Shown: one piece after another, positions 21,683 through 32,800 of the stretch
How the letters are laid out: every line of letters begins with the position of its first letter
How positions within the stretch are numbered: position 1 is the stretch's first letter
Notes under the pieces: generated by a model
The model's database searches: none
What the model was told of the DNA's origin: nothing
Seen by the model: only the letters and a program-made list of their open reading frames with translations
Source: an uncultured delta proteobacterium
GTDB taxonomy: Bacteria; Desulfobacterota; WTBG01; CAIYCZ01; CAIRTM01
Length of the DNA stretch: 42,287 bases
Direction of reading: 5' to 3'
Assembly (NCBI GenBank): GCA_963804955.1
Contig: CAWDSQ010000006.1
Location: forward strand, 1 to 42,287
Position numbers and translations under genes: made by a program

Positions 21683-22948
21683 AAGCGCTTTCCTGGAATA
21701 AAAGAATTCCCCGGACCCGCCTGTATGTAAGCAATGCCGAACTGACGGGCGCGCTGGGGCGGCTGGTGTTTTCAGGGCCCGGCGCCGGCGCGCCGGTTGC
21801 TGAGCTTGAAAAAGCGTTCGCGGAAAAATGGCATACCGCAGCGGCCGCTGCCGGCCCCTATGCCCGGATCAGCCTGTATTATCTTCTGAAGGCGCTTAAC
21901 CTTCCGGAAAACAGCGAGATCATAACGACGCCGATAAACATACATGATATTTTCAACATGATTCTCTGCGCCGGCCTTCGGCCGGTGTTCATCGATATTG
22001 ACCCGGCCAATTATCAGATGTCTCCGGACGTGCTTGAGCAGGCCATAACACCTGCCACGCGGGCGGTTTTTGTGACCCATCTTTTCGGCATCGTGCCGGA
22101 TATGGAGCGGATCGCCGCGATCTGCAAAAAACACGGCCTGCTGCTCATTGAAGATGCCTCGCATTCCTTCGGCGCGACGCTGCGGGGCAAACAGATGGGC
22201 ACCTTCGGCAAAGCCGCAATTTTTTCCTTTTCATCGCTGAAAAGCATTTCCACGGGCTATGGCGGCATGGTCATCAGCGATGATACCGGACTTATCGCCA
22301 GCATACAGCAGTCCCTTAACGGGCTGCGGCCCTGCACGGTGATGGATATGCAGGGCATTCTCAGAAAAAATATAGTTATCGGCCTGGCTACGCAGCGTTT
22401 GCTGTTCGGGTATGCAGCCTTTCCCGCGATCCGCTTCCTGAACAGGCTGGATCCAAAAATCGTTTCCCGCTTGCAAACCGATAATCCCGTTCAGAAGCTC
22501 CTCCATGAGGTTCCCAGGGAATGGCTGTGGCGATTCAGCCCGCTGCAGGCTGATCTTGCCCTGCGCTGTCTGAAGCGTCTGGACACTGAAAATGCCATCC
22601 GGCAAAAGCATGCCCGCATCGTGCTTGATGCCCTCGGGCCGCATGCCCCGGACCGGCTGCCGGCGCTGCTTGCCGGTGCCGAAAATGTTTTCTGGCGCTT
22701 TCCGTTCAAAGTTCCCGAAGGCCACGAGTTTGCTAAATTCATGAACCGCTACGGCATTGATGTGACAACAACGCTTTTGCCCTGCTGCAGCCAGATGGAA
22801 ATATTCCAGCCCTATGCGGCTGACACGCCCCATGCCGCGCGCTGCGGTGCGGGAAACATATTTCTTACCCATCGAGCACTCCTTAACGGAGCAGCAGGTT
22901 GCGACGCTTGCCCAGGCCGCTGTTGAATTTGTTCGGGCCGGCGCATAA
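21679..22948 (+). CDS. DegT/DnrJ/EryC1/StrS PLP-dependent sugar aminotransferase (frameshift near the C-terminus)
   Basis: PVFIDID, THLFG, LIEDASHSFGA, FSFSSLKSISTGYGG (PLP lysine). Confidence 0.9.
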
Positions 22949-23002
22949 AGACTATACAAGGCATCCGAATCCTAAACCAGCTATTCACAAAGGATACACC
23001 TC

Positions 23003-24876
23003 TTGAATAAAAAATTTATTTTTTTATTTTTAACGGCTTTTCTTCTGCTGCAGGCATTTTTTATCAGCTGCTATCTGCCCTTTAGCGAATGGTTCAGCCC
23101 TTCGATTATTTACACCGATGACTTCGCCCTGCATTACGGAGATATGGCTGACAAAAAGTTTTTACTTGAAAATTTCGGCGCCACCTGGGGCTACAATCCC
23201 TATCAGCGCGCGGGAACCGTTGCCAATGTTATTGTCGGGATTGATAATAATGGCTGGGCGCTCTGGGCCTTTCTTCTGCCGTTTTTGTCGAGCGCCGTTG
23301 CCTTCAAGCTGTATTTTGTTTTTTTGATTCTCATAATACCGCTGCTGCTGTATGGCGCAGCGCGCAATTTCGGACTCGAAGGATGGCGAGCGCTGTCCTG
23401 TGCGTCGTGCTCGGAACCTTTTTTCTGCACGCTACCATCTGCGTTGATTTTCTCTACTGGGGCACGGTTTCCTATATAGCTTCCGTGTATATATCTCTGT
23501 ATATCGCCTCGCTTGCCTACCGCTTTTCCCGAACCGGCTCTCTGCCGGTGCTGCTCTGGCAGACCGTACTTCTGGGGACAGCGCTGTGGATTCATATTTT
23601 TACGGTAATCAACTGCATCACCTTTCTTATGGCGCTGTACCTCGCGCTCGGCCCGCGTCAGAACAGGCGAAGACTCGGGCTTAGTCTGGCTTCGCTCTTT
23701 GCGGCAAGCCTGCTCGCAACGCCCTGGCTCATACCTTTTATCAAATGGCTCGAAATATCGCACATTAACTCGCTCTGGACACCCTATACCACTAACGACA
23801 TGTTCGAATGGGTGAATACCTATTTTCGCCGCAGGCTGCTCTTTAATACCTACGGGGTGCCGTTTCAGAAATCCGTCTTGATTGATATCGGGCTCATGCT
23901 GTTTGGCATAGCAGGATTGCTCCAGTGGTGGCGCAGCGGCCAGCGCATCCGCTCGGCCGCGTTCGGGTATATCCTGGCCTTTCTGTTCCTGTTTGCCTAC
24001 TATGGCTCCTTTATAGAGTTTACCCGTACACTGACCCCTTTGCGGTTTACAATCATGATGAATGTCTGCCTTGTGGTTCCGGCATCTGCCGCCCTGTACA
24101 GCCTGTACCGCTGGGGATGCAATCGTTTTGCCATGCTGAAGATTCTGGCCCCTGTCTGCGCGATCATCGCGCTGAGCCTTTTTATGGTCCGGCCCTATTA
24201 CCATTTATTTATAAAAAAGGAATTTCGGCTTCTGACGCACATGCCGCAGGAGATGCAGCAGCTTATCAGCTATATGAAAAACTCAACTACGAATGAGGCA
24301 AGAATTCTGCTTGAAAATTCCGACTGGGAAAGCAAGCACCAGTATGGCGGGGGGCACTTCCCGTATATCTTCCCTCACCTTACCGGCAGAGAATTCATCG
24401 GCAATGATTATGCATTCAATCCTACCTGGGACAGCATGATCAGCTTTTTTTGCGGCCAGTTTTTCCAGCAGCCCATAGAGAAGGTCCCCCCCGGGCAGCT
24501 TAGAGCCCGCTGCGAGCTGTACAATATCGGCTGGGTCATCTGCTTTACTGCAGAGTCTAAGGCTTTTTTTGACCGCTTTCCTGACTTTTACATCCCCGAT
24601 GGCGCTATCGCTCAGTTTTCTCTCTACCGGGTCAATAGAAAACCCTCTTTTTTTATTAAAGGTTCCGGCAGTGTCAAGGCCGGCATGAACAGGATAGAGC
24701 TTGAAAATCTCATTCCGGAAAATGGTGAAATAATTATTTCCTATCACTGGATGAAATATTTCAAAACCGATCCGCCGGTAGATATGGAGCGGGTATTTTA
24801 TCTGGATGATCCCGTCGGTTTTATAAAGCTGAAAAACCCGCCGCGATCCGTGCTCATTTATAATAATTACAACTAA
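23003..24876 (+). CDS. Polytopic membrane protein, GT-C-like (PTPS-related/YfhO-like) putative glycosyltransferase (frameshift near 23385)
   Basis: First TM followed by YTDDFALHY...WGYNPYQRAG, many TM helices, and a soluble C-terminal domain with YNIGWVI. Confidence 0.6.
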
Positions 24877-24894
24877 ACGAAGGACTGGACGGCT

Positions 24895-25960
24895 ATGTCT
24901 TTAATCGGTTCGATCTCGCGGTGGTATTGGTCGTTTTATATGCACCGTAAGCCAAGGCCCCTGATAACGCATCTGGTGCTGACCAATATCTGCAACTACC
25001 GCTGCACATTCTGCTATGTCAATGCCGATGAGAAACGGTACACCATGCCCCTCGAGCAGTTTAAGCCCCTGATCCGGGACTTGCATGCGCTGGGCACCTG
25101 TTACCTCTATATCAGCGGCGGCGAGCCGCTGCTGGTAAAAAATATTGAGGACTATATAGTCTGGGCAAAAAAACACATCCCCTATGTTCACATCGTGACC
25201 AACGGCTCCCTTCTTGATCAAAACATGGCAAAGCTTTTAAACCGCTGCAAAATCAATGAGGTCTCCCTCAGCCTTGATGCCATGGAAAAAACGCATAACC
25301 TGCACCGCGGCAGCGACAAGGCTTTTTCAAACCTGCTGCAGGCTGTTGAGAATCTGAAGGCCCATGCCCCGCGTATCACAACGACCTGCACCACGATACT
25401 CGGGCCATGGAATATGGGCGAGCAGGAAGAGCTGCACCGCCTGTGCGCCTCGCTCGGCGTGCGCCAGCGGTATCAGGGGTTTCAGGAATATCCCTCTGTG
25501 CTGCAGCGCCAGAACGGCGCTACGCTTTTGACAAAAGAGTTTCTCGGAGCAGCTCCAGGCCTTTCTTGCCACCCTTCCTGCCCGGGACCGCGACCGGTAT
25601 ATGTCGCTGCAGGTGCAGTATTATGCGCACCGGCTGGGCATGGGGGAGCTGAAGCACCCCATATTCTCCGATCCCTGCCTTTTGCCGTATTATTATGTCA
25701 ATATCCTCGGCTCGGGAGAAGTGTGCCCCTGCTATGGCGTAAAATCAGACATGTATCCGGGCACGGGCTTTCTTGACCCGCCAAAGAAATTTTCCCTGCA
25801 GGAGCAAAGCATTCGGGAAATTTTCAATGACCCGGCCTATGCCCGCATGGCCCATGATCTGAAGCCCTGCACCGAATGCAAAAATTATTTTGCCAGCTGC
25901 TATATACGGCCCCGGCTTGTCTTTCCTGCAGAAAAATATCTGCGGTATCACCTGTCGTGA
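24895..25960 (+). CDS. Radical SAM/SPASM enzyme (frameshift near 25545)
   Basis: CNYRCTFC, SGGEPLL, VTNG, HNLHRG; C-terminal PCLLP...GEVCPC...CTEC...SC. Confidence 0.9.
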
Positions 25961-26118
25961 ATAAAAATATGGCGTCAAAAGGCCTGCACCTGCTATGATT
26001 CCAGGAAAGCGGCATCTCTGCGCCCGGCGGCTGCGGGCAGCAGGGTTCTCCTGGCCCTACATACTCCGGTAACGATAACGGGTGTATGCCTTTTAATACC
26101 TGAAAAAAGGACCTTGCG

Positions 26119-27164
26119 GTGAAAAAACAATTTTATTTAATGTGCTGCACCATACTGGCAAGCTTTGTTTTTATAGTGCTGGTTTTGGAGGCGGGCGTGC
26201 GGGTGTATGACAAACTGCAGGCACAATAAGGCCGGCATTAACAGGATAGAGCACTATTCACGCTCCTGGCCGCTTCTGCAGGGGGTTGAAGGCAAAAAAT
26301 ATTTCTATGAGCTCCAGCCAGGCATTAGAAAAATCAGAGGAAGGGTTCATCTATCAGATAAACGACAAGGGCCTGCGCGACAGCAGGGAAACCTTTTCGC
26401 CTGATCCCGGGGCCTACCATATCCTGACCATCGGATGCTCGCAAACCTTTGGCGTCGGGCTCAACTATGAAGACACCTACAGCCATAAGCTTGAAATGCG
26501 CCTGAATGATTTTTACCGGCCGCAGGGCCGGACTTTTCAGGTCTGGGACGGCGGAGTTCCCGGCTACAGCCTGGAGCAGATTGTCGGGGCGTTTGAACAA
26601 AAAACATCGGCCCTGAAGCCGGACATGCTGATTTTAGGTTTTTTTATTGATACCATTGTGCGGCCCACATGGCACTTTAAGGGCGGGATCATGTATGACC
26701 CCCAGAAAAACTACTGGCTGCAGCAGCTCTTTTCGAAATCACACCTGATAAGCTTTATTCTGCTGCGGCTGAAAAATCAGAAGTTCAATCCCTACAATTA
26801 TTATGAAGGGTATTACGGCACTGTTGACCAGCGCTGGGATAACGCCATGCAGCAGATACAGTATTTAAACGATGTCTGCAAAGCCAGGGGGATCGCTTTT
26901 CTGGTTCTTGATCTTCCAACCCTGTTCTGGAAGGGGCCTCTCAAAAAAGAAGACTGGATAGAATATCCCCTGAACCAGAAGCTGGAAGCAATGTGCGCGA
27001 AAGAGGGCATCGCCTATACCAATGCGCTGCTGCCTTTTGAAGGCTATGAAGCCGGCCCCCTGTGGGCTGTTCCGGGCCTGGATTGTCATTACAACCCCAA
27101 GGCCGCGGACCTTGTCACGGAAAGCGCTTTTCGCAAGCTCGTCGAACTGGATCCGAAAAAGTAG
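26119..27164 (+). CDS. Membrane-anchored SGNH/GDSL hydrolase family protein (frameshift near 26300)
   Basis: GTG start after AAGGA, N-terminal TM with LEAGVRV, INDKGLRD, GCSQTFG (GDS-like), GVPGYS, DCHYN (DxH). Confidence 0.82.
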
Positions 27165-27277
27165 CAGCCTGCGGGCAAAGGCTGTCATGCTGCGGATGGG
27201 TGCTGAAAGCGCACCGGATGCCATGCAGAATAAGCACAAACAAGAATGGTTCCTGCTCTCCCGGAACCGCTCATAAC

Positions 27278-27312
27278 ACAAAGGCCGGCTCCTGTGAAGG
27301 GCCGGCCTTTGT
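27278..27312. terminator. Probable bidirectional terminator between the convergent clusters
   Basis: ACAAAGGCCGGCT...GGCCGGCCTTTGT inverted repeat. Confidence 0.65.
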
Positions 27313-27360
27313 AGTATCTTTGGCAGGGTGGGCGCAAACCGCCATTCTTCTGCGGCTATC

Positions 27361-27444
27361 GCAGGGGTGGGCAAAACAAAGTGTGCCCAGCATTTTTTAA
27401 TTGGTTTAACTATCGTTGAGCACGCTTCGCTTTGCCCAACCTGC
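27361..27444. repeat. Inverted REP doublet (REPIN-like)
   Basis: gcaggggtgggcaaaacaaagtgtgcccagc and the inverted copy cgttgagcacgcttcgctttgcccaacctgc (reverse complement gcaggttgggcaaagcgaagcgtgctcaacg). Confidence 0.65.
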
Positions 27445-27587
27445 TGATGCGACCGGCTCTGCCTCTTTAGAATGCAACGGCCTTCGGCCCGCATGACAAA
27501 TCTCTATTTTGTCGGTGTGGGAAGCGCAGCTGCAAAGCAATCTCTTTTCTTTAAAATCACCGCGCCCACCGAGGAGGCGTTTTCATG

Positions 27588-29708
27588 CTACAGCGCGCAC
27601 ACCGCCTCGCACACGGGCTGGTCGTCGCCGCCGCAGCCGGGGTCTGCGTCGCACACATCCCCTGCGCCGTCGCTGTCGGCATCATGCTGATAGCCGTTGC
27701 ACAGGGCCGGGCAGTTATCAACGGCATCGGCATAAAAGTCATGGTCAGAGTCAGTCTGCCCCTCGCACAGAGACTGCCCGCAGCCGCCTCCGCAGCCGGG
27801 GGTGGTATCGCACACATCGCCAATGCCGTCGTCATCTGCATCGAGCTGCTGCGGGTTGGCAATAACCGGGCAGTTGTCAAGTTCATTTAAAATACCGTCA
27901 GTGTCTGTATCGCATGATGTTTCGCACACAGGCTGCCCCTCGCCCCCGCAGCCGGGTTCTGCATCGCAGACATCGCCTGTGCCGTCAGCGTCGGCATCGA
28001 GCTGATCGGCATTGCACGTTGGCGGGGCAGTTGTCTATCGCGTCTCTCACAAAGTCTCCGTCGGTATCAGCCTGCCCCTCGCATACAGCCTGGCCGCAAC
28101 CGCCGCCGCAGCCGGGGGTTGTGTCGCAGACATCGCCTATGCCGTCAGTATCGGCATCAAGCTGCAGAGGGTTGGCAATGGCAGGGCAGTTGTCAAGTTG
28201 CATCAGGAACTACAATCACTATCACATCATCGGTAAACACCGCCGTAGGATAGCCATACCACGGATTAGTAAATCCTGTGGCTCCGGCACGATAGTACAC
28301 TTTAAAACCGCTTGCGCAGCCACCGAAAACAGCGCTTGCCATTGTCGGTGCATTACCGTAAAAATAGGCGGCAGCAAGACTTGAGCAACCGGAAAACCCC
28401 CACTTCCCAATACTTGTAACACTGCCCGGAATGCTAATGCTGTTCAAACCGGTGCAATAGCCAAAAGCTTCCTGCCCGAGACTTGTAACATTGTTCGAAA
28501 TGATCGCATTGGTCAAGCCTGAGCAATAGGCAAACGCAGCCTGTTCAATTCTGGTAACGCTGTTCGGGATGGTTACGCTGGTCAAAACGGAACATCCCAT
28601 AAACATGTAAGAATTAATGCTCGTAACGCTGTTCGAAATGCGCACGCTGGTTAACCCTGCGCACCAGGCAAAAGCGGCGGTTCCAATACTGGTAACACTG
28701 TCGGGAATGGTCAAACTGGTAAAACCGCAACCTTGAAATGCCTGTACCCCAATACTCATAACGCTGTTTGGGATTATAATGCTGGTCAAGCCTGTGCAAC
28801 CCTGAAATGCCATATACCCAATGCTTGTAACACTGCCCGGTATGGTAGCGCCGGTCAAGCTGCTGTTGTTCAAAAAAACCTGATCACCAATACTTACTAC
28901 CGGCATGCCGTCAATCGTTTCTGGAATTACAACATCTCCGCCAGCACCATTGTATCCCGTGATTGTAATAGTGCCGTTGGATACAGTGTACGTAAAATCG
29001 CCTTCAGTTCCAACTGTAGTGGTGGTTGTGGTTGTAGAAGGCGGGGTAAACACCGCCGTAGGATAGCCATACCACGGATTGGTAAAACCGGTTGCTCCGG
29101 CAAGATAGTAAACTGTAAAGCCGTGTGCGGAGCCAACAAACACTACTGATTCCATTGTCGGGGCATTCCCGTAAAAATATGCGCTGGTCAATAGAGTGCC
29201 ATTACAAAATGCACCCTCCCCAATACTAGCAACGCTGCCAGGAATGGTTATGCTGGCCAGGCTGGTGCAGTAACTAAACGCATAAGGATCAATGCTCGTA
29301 ACGCCATTTTGTATTGTAACGCTCGCCAAGCTGGTGCAGCCTTGAAACGCATATATCCCAATGCTCGTAACGCTGCCCGGTATGGTCACGCTGGTCAAAC
29401 CGGTGCAACTTGTAAACGCCGTCATTCCAATGCTCGTAACGCTGTCCGGAATGGTCACGCTGGTCACGTTTGTGCAAGTTTGAAATGCACCAGCCCCAAG
29501 AAATACTCCGGTAATACTTACAACCGGCATGCCTTCAATTGTGGATGGAATGACAACAGCTCCGCCCGAACCGGTGTATTTGGTGATTGTGACCGTGTTG
29601 TCTGATACCGTGTAGGTAAAATCCCCCGATTGCTGGGCAAAGGCCGATGAAGACAGAAACACACAACCAATAACGGACAGCAATGAATAGCGATTTTCTG
29701 AAATGCAT
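27588..29708 (-). CDS. Secreted BspA-type LRR (LRR_5) protein with 2 LRR modules and a Cys-rich TSP3-like tail (array gene 4; frameshifts)
   Basis: MHFRK... signal peptide ending [13 protein letters not shown] caps, [14 protein letters not shown] repeats, Thr-rich linker, [21 protein letters not shown] repeats, ends CEAVCAL*. Confidence 0.88.
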
Positions 29709-29816
29709 AAAATCCCTCCCCTTCTTTAAAATTCATTGCCTCTTGCAGGATGATGTATTGGTCATATTTTACCGTAGGGGCGGTTCGCGAACCGCCCCTG
29801 CAATTTCTTATACATG
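29709..29816. repeat. Conserved ~108-bp intergenic spacer, copy 1, with GTAG-type REP palindrome (29774-29800) and RBS
   Basis: Nearly identical to 34527-34635 and 36519-36625; contains GTAGGGGCGGTTCGCGAACCGCCCCT. Confidence 0.9.
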
Positions 29817-32800
29817 CTACAGCGCGCACACCGCCTCGCACACGGGCTGTCCGTCTGCCGCCGCAGCCCGGGTCTGCGTCGCACACATCCCCTGCGCCGT
29901 CGCTGTCGGCATCCTGCTGATAGGCATTGCACACCGCAGGGCAGTTATCAACGGCATCGGCATAAAAGTCATGGTCAGAGTCAGCCTGTCCCTCACAGAG
30001 AGACTGGCCGCAGCCGCCTCCGCACCCGGGGGTGCGTATCGCACACATCGCCTATGCCGTCGTCATCGGCATCGAGCTGCTGCGGGTTGGCAATAACCGG
30101 GCAGTTGTCAAGTTCATTTAAAATACCGTCATTGTCTGCATCGCATGATGTCTCGCACACAGGCTGCCCTTCTCCCCCGCAGCCGGGTTCTGCATCGCAG
30201 ACATCGCCTGTGCCGTCAGTGTCGGCATCTAGCTGAGACACATTGCACATGGCCGGGCAGTTGTCTATCGCGTCTCTCACAAAGTCTCCGTCGGTGTCAA
30301 CCTCCTGTTCGCATACCGCCTGGCCGCAGCCCCCGCCGCAGCCGGGGGTTTCGTCGCATACATCGCCTGTGCCGTCAGTATCGGCATCAAGCTGCAGCGG
30401 GTTGGCAATGGCCGGGCAGTTGTCTGAGGCATCGGGTATGCCGTCGCCGTCTGTGTCACTAGGCGCTGCTGTTGTGGTGGTTGTAGCAGGCGGGGTAAAT
30501 ACCGCCGTAGGGCAGAAATACCACGGATTGGTAAACCCGGTTGCCCCGGCAAGATAGTAAACAGTAAAGCCGCTTGCGCAGTTGGTTAAAAGCATCGTTC
30601 CCCATTGTTGGAGCATTCCCGTAAAAATATGCTGCGACCAAACTGATGCAACCGTCAAATGCTCGACCTTGAATGCTCGTAACGCTGTCGGGTATGGTCA
30701 CGCTGGTCAACCCGGTACAGTCTAGTAAACGCCAGATCCCCAATGCTCGTAACGCTGTTTGGTATGGTCACGCTTGTCAAACCTGTACAATCTTTAAATG
30801 CCCCCATAAAAATGCTTGTAACACCGGCAGGTATTGTAAAAACAGCTGACCTTGCGATAGGATATTGAATAAGCGTTGTGGTGGCTTTATTATACAGCAC
30901 ACCATCCTGACTGCTGTAGGCGGTATTGCCTGCATCAACCTCTATACTGATCAAACTGGTGCAACTAAAAAACGGCCCGGCTACGACCGCTAAAAGATTT
31001 AGATACTTTAGGGTAGTAACACCGCTCCCCAGATACACGCTGGTCAAACCGGTGCAACCTGAAAAAGATAGAATTCCAATGCTTGTAACACTATTCGGTA
31101 TGGTCACGCTGGTAAGACCGGTGCAGCCTGCAAACGCCTGACCCCCAATGCTCGTAACACTGTTTGGTATGGTCACGCTGGTCAAACCGGTGCAGCCGTA
31201 AAACGCACCCCAGGGCTGGCTCATCAAAGAGTCCTGCCCCGCAATCCTTACCACCGGCATGCTGTTTATGGTATCGGGGATGACAACCGCGCCCCCCGCG
31301 CCCGTATAGCCGACGATGGTGACCTGACTGTTTGAAACCGTGTAGGTAAAATCCCCAGCGACGCCAACTGTCGTGGTGGTTGTGGGTTGTGAAGTTGTAG
31401 TAGTGGTCGGCACCACAGATGTCGTTGTTGTGACCGGCGCTATACTTGTCGTTGTATTAAGTGCTGTTGTCGTGGTGGTGGTCGTTGTGTCGTCAGGCGG
31501 ACGGTTGTGGTCGTTGTTGTCACGACAGCCTTACAGATGACCATAGGACGGGCATTCGGCCAGCGTGGATCGGTCTCAAATTTAGAGTAACTATAAATAT
31601 CCGACTCATCGACAATAAACCAATTCGCGTCGCTCGCAGCACATCCATCCACTCGTATTATCCAGTTCCTATACCAGTAATTATTGTACATATTGAGGCT
31701 CAACTTTGCGTTCCACGGGGCAGGGGGTGCTACCCATGATGTCTGGCTTGACCATGCCGTTGAAAAAACATAACAGCCCCAGGCATAGCTTGTGCAGGCA
31801 GAATCAAAGGGATGATTTGCAGATACGAGCCTTCCATATGTCTTGTTCATCAAGAGGCTGCCAGGTGTCGATTCCGCCCCAGCTTAAATTAGTGCAGTAA
31901 TTTCTGGTCTCGGTGCGGACAGGATGGAAAGCCGGGGTAACAGCGTTAAAACCAATATCGGCATAGGTCTTTAACAATGTGCTCGTCCCGTCATTATTCA
32001 TCATGGCTATTTGATTGCCATCAGCGGCGGCGTCATTGTAATCGCAGTCACCATCCTGATTGCTGCAGCCGGCCTGAATATAATCAAACTTCCCGTCTCC
32101 ATCATTATCAATATCTACAGGCACGGTGGTGGTTGTAGGTGATGCAGTAGATGTCGTCGTTGTTGTTAGTATCGTTGTTGTGGTTGTCCCGGAGGGTAAA
32201 CACCGCGAAGGATAGCACGTAATGAACGTAGGACACCAGCTGGGACTGGCAAACCCGGCGGCTCCTGCAAGATAGTACACGGTAAAATTGCTTGCACAGT
32301 GCAAAAAGATATCAGACCAAGGTACTTCCGGCGCATTTCCGTAAAAATATGCGGCAGCCAAAGCGGTGCAGCCTTGAAAAGCAGATGCCCAAATGTTCGT
32401 AACGCTGGCAGGAATATTAATTCTGGTTAAAGCGGTACAGTCTTGAAAAGCAGATGCCCCAATGCTCGTAACACTGCCCGGGATGCTTACGCTGGCCAAA
32501 CCGGAGCAAAGCGTAAAAGCTCTATCCCCAATGCTCTGAACGCCGTTCATTATAATAACGGTGGTCAAGCCGCTGCAACTTTGAAACGAGGAAATCCCAA
32601 GGCTGGTAACACTGCCCGGGATGCTTACGCTAGTCAAGCCGGCGCACCCGGCAAAAGCATACCACCCGATACTGGTAACGCTGTCGGGAATGGTCAAACT
32701 GGTCAGGCCGCAACCTTGAAACGCCATATCTTCAATGCTTGTTACGCTGCCCGGTATGGTCACGCCTGTCAGGCCGCTTTTATTAAAAAAAGCCTGATAT

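Noticed and set aside
17402..25960. RiPP cluster (radical SAM/SPASM maturases)
   Set aside because: I found no convincing precursor peptide, RRE/PqqD domain or peptide exporter. The neighbours are sugar and envelope enzymes.
31417..31440. Gene boundary splitting the large LRR gene in two
   Set aside because: The break falls in a low-complexity Thr-codon tract with no RBS, signal peptide or conserved spacer, unlike the real boundaries in the array.
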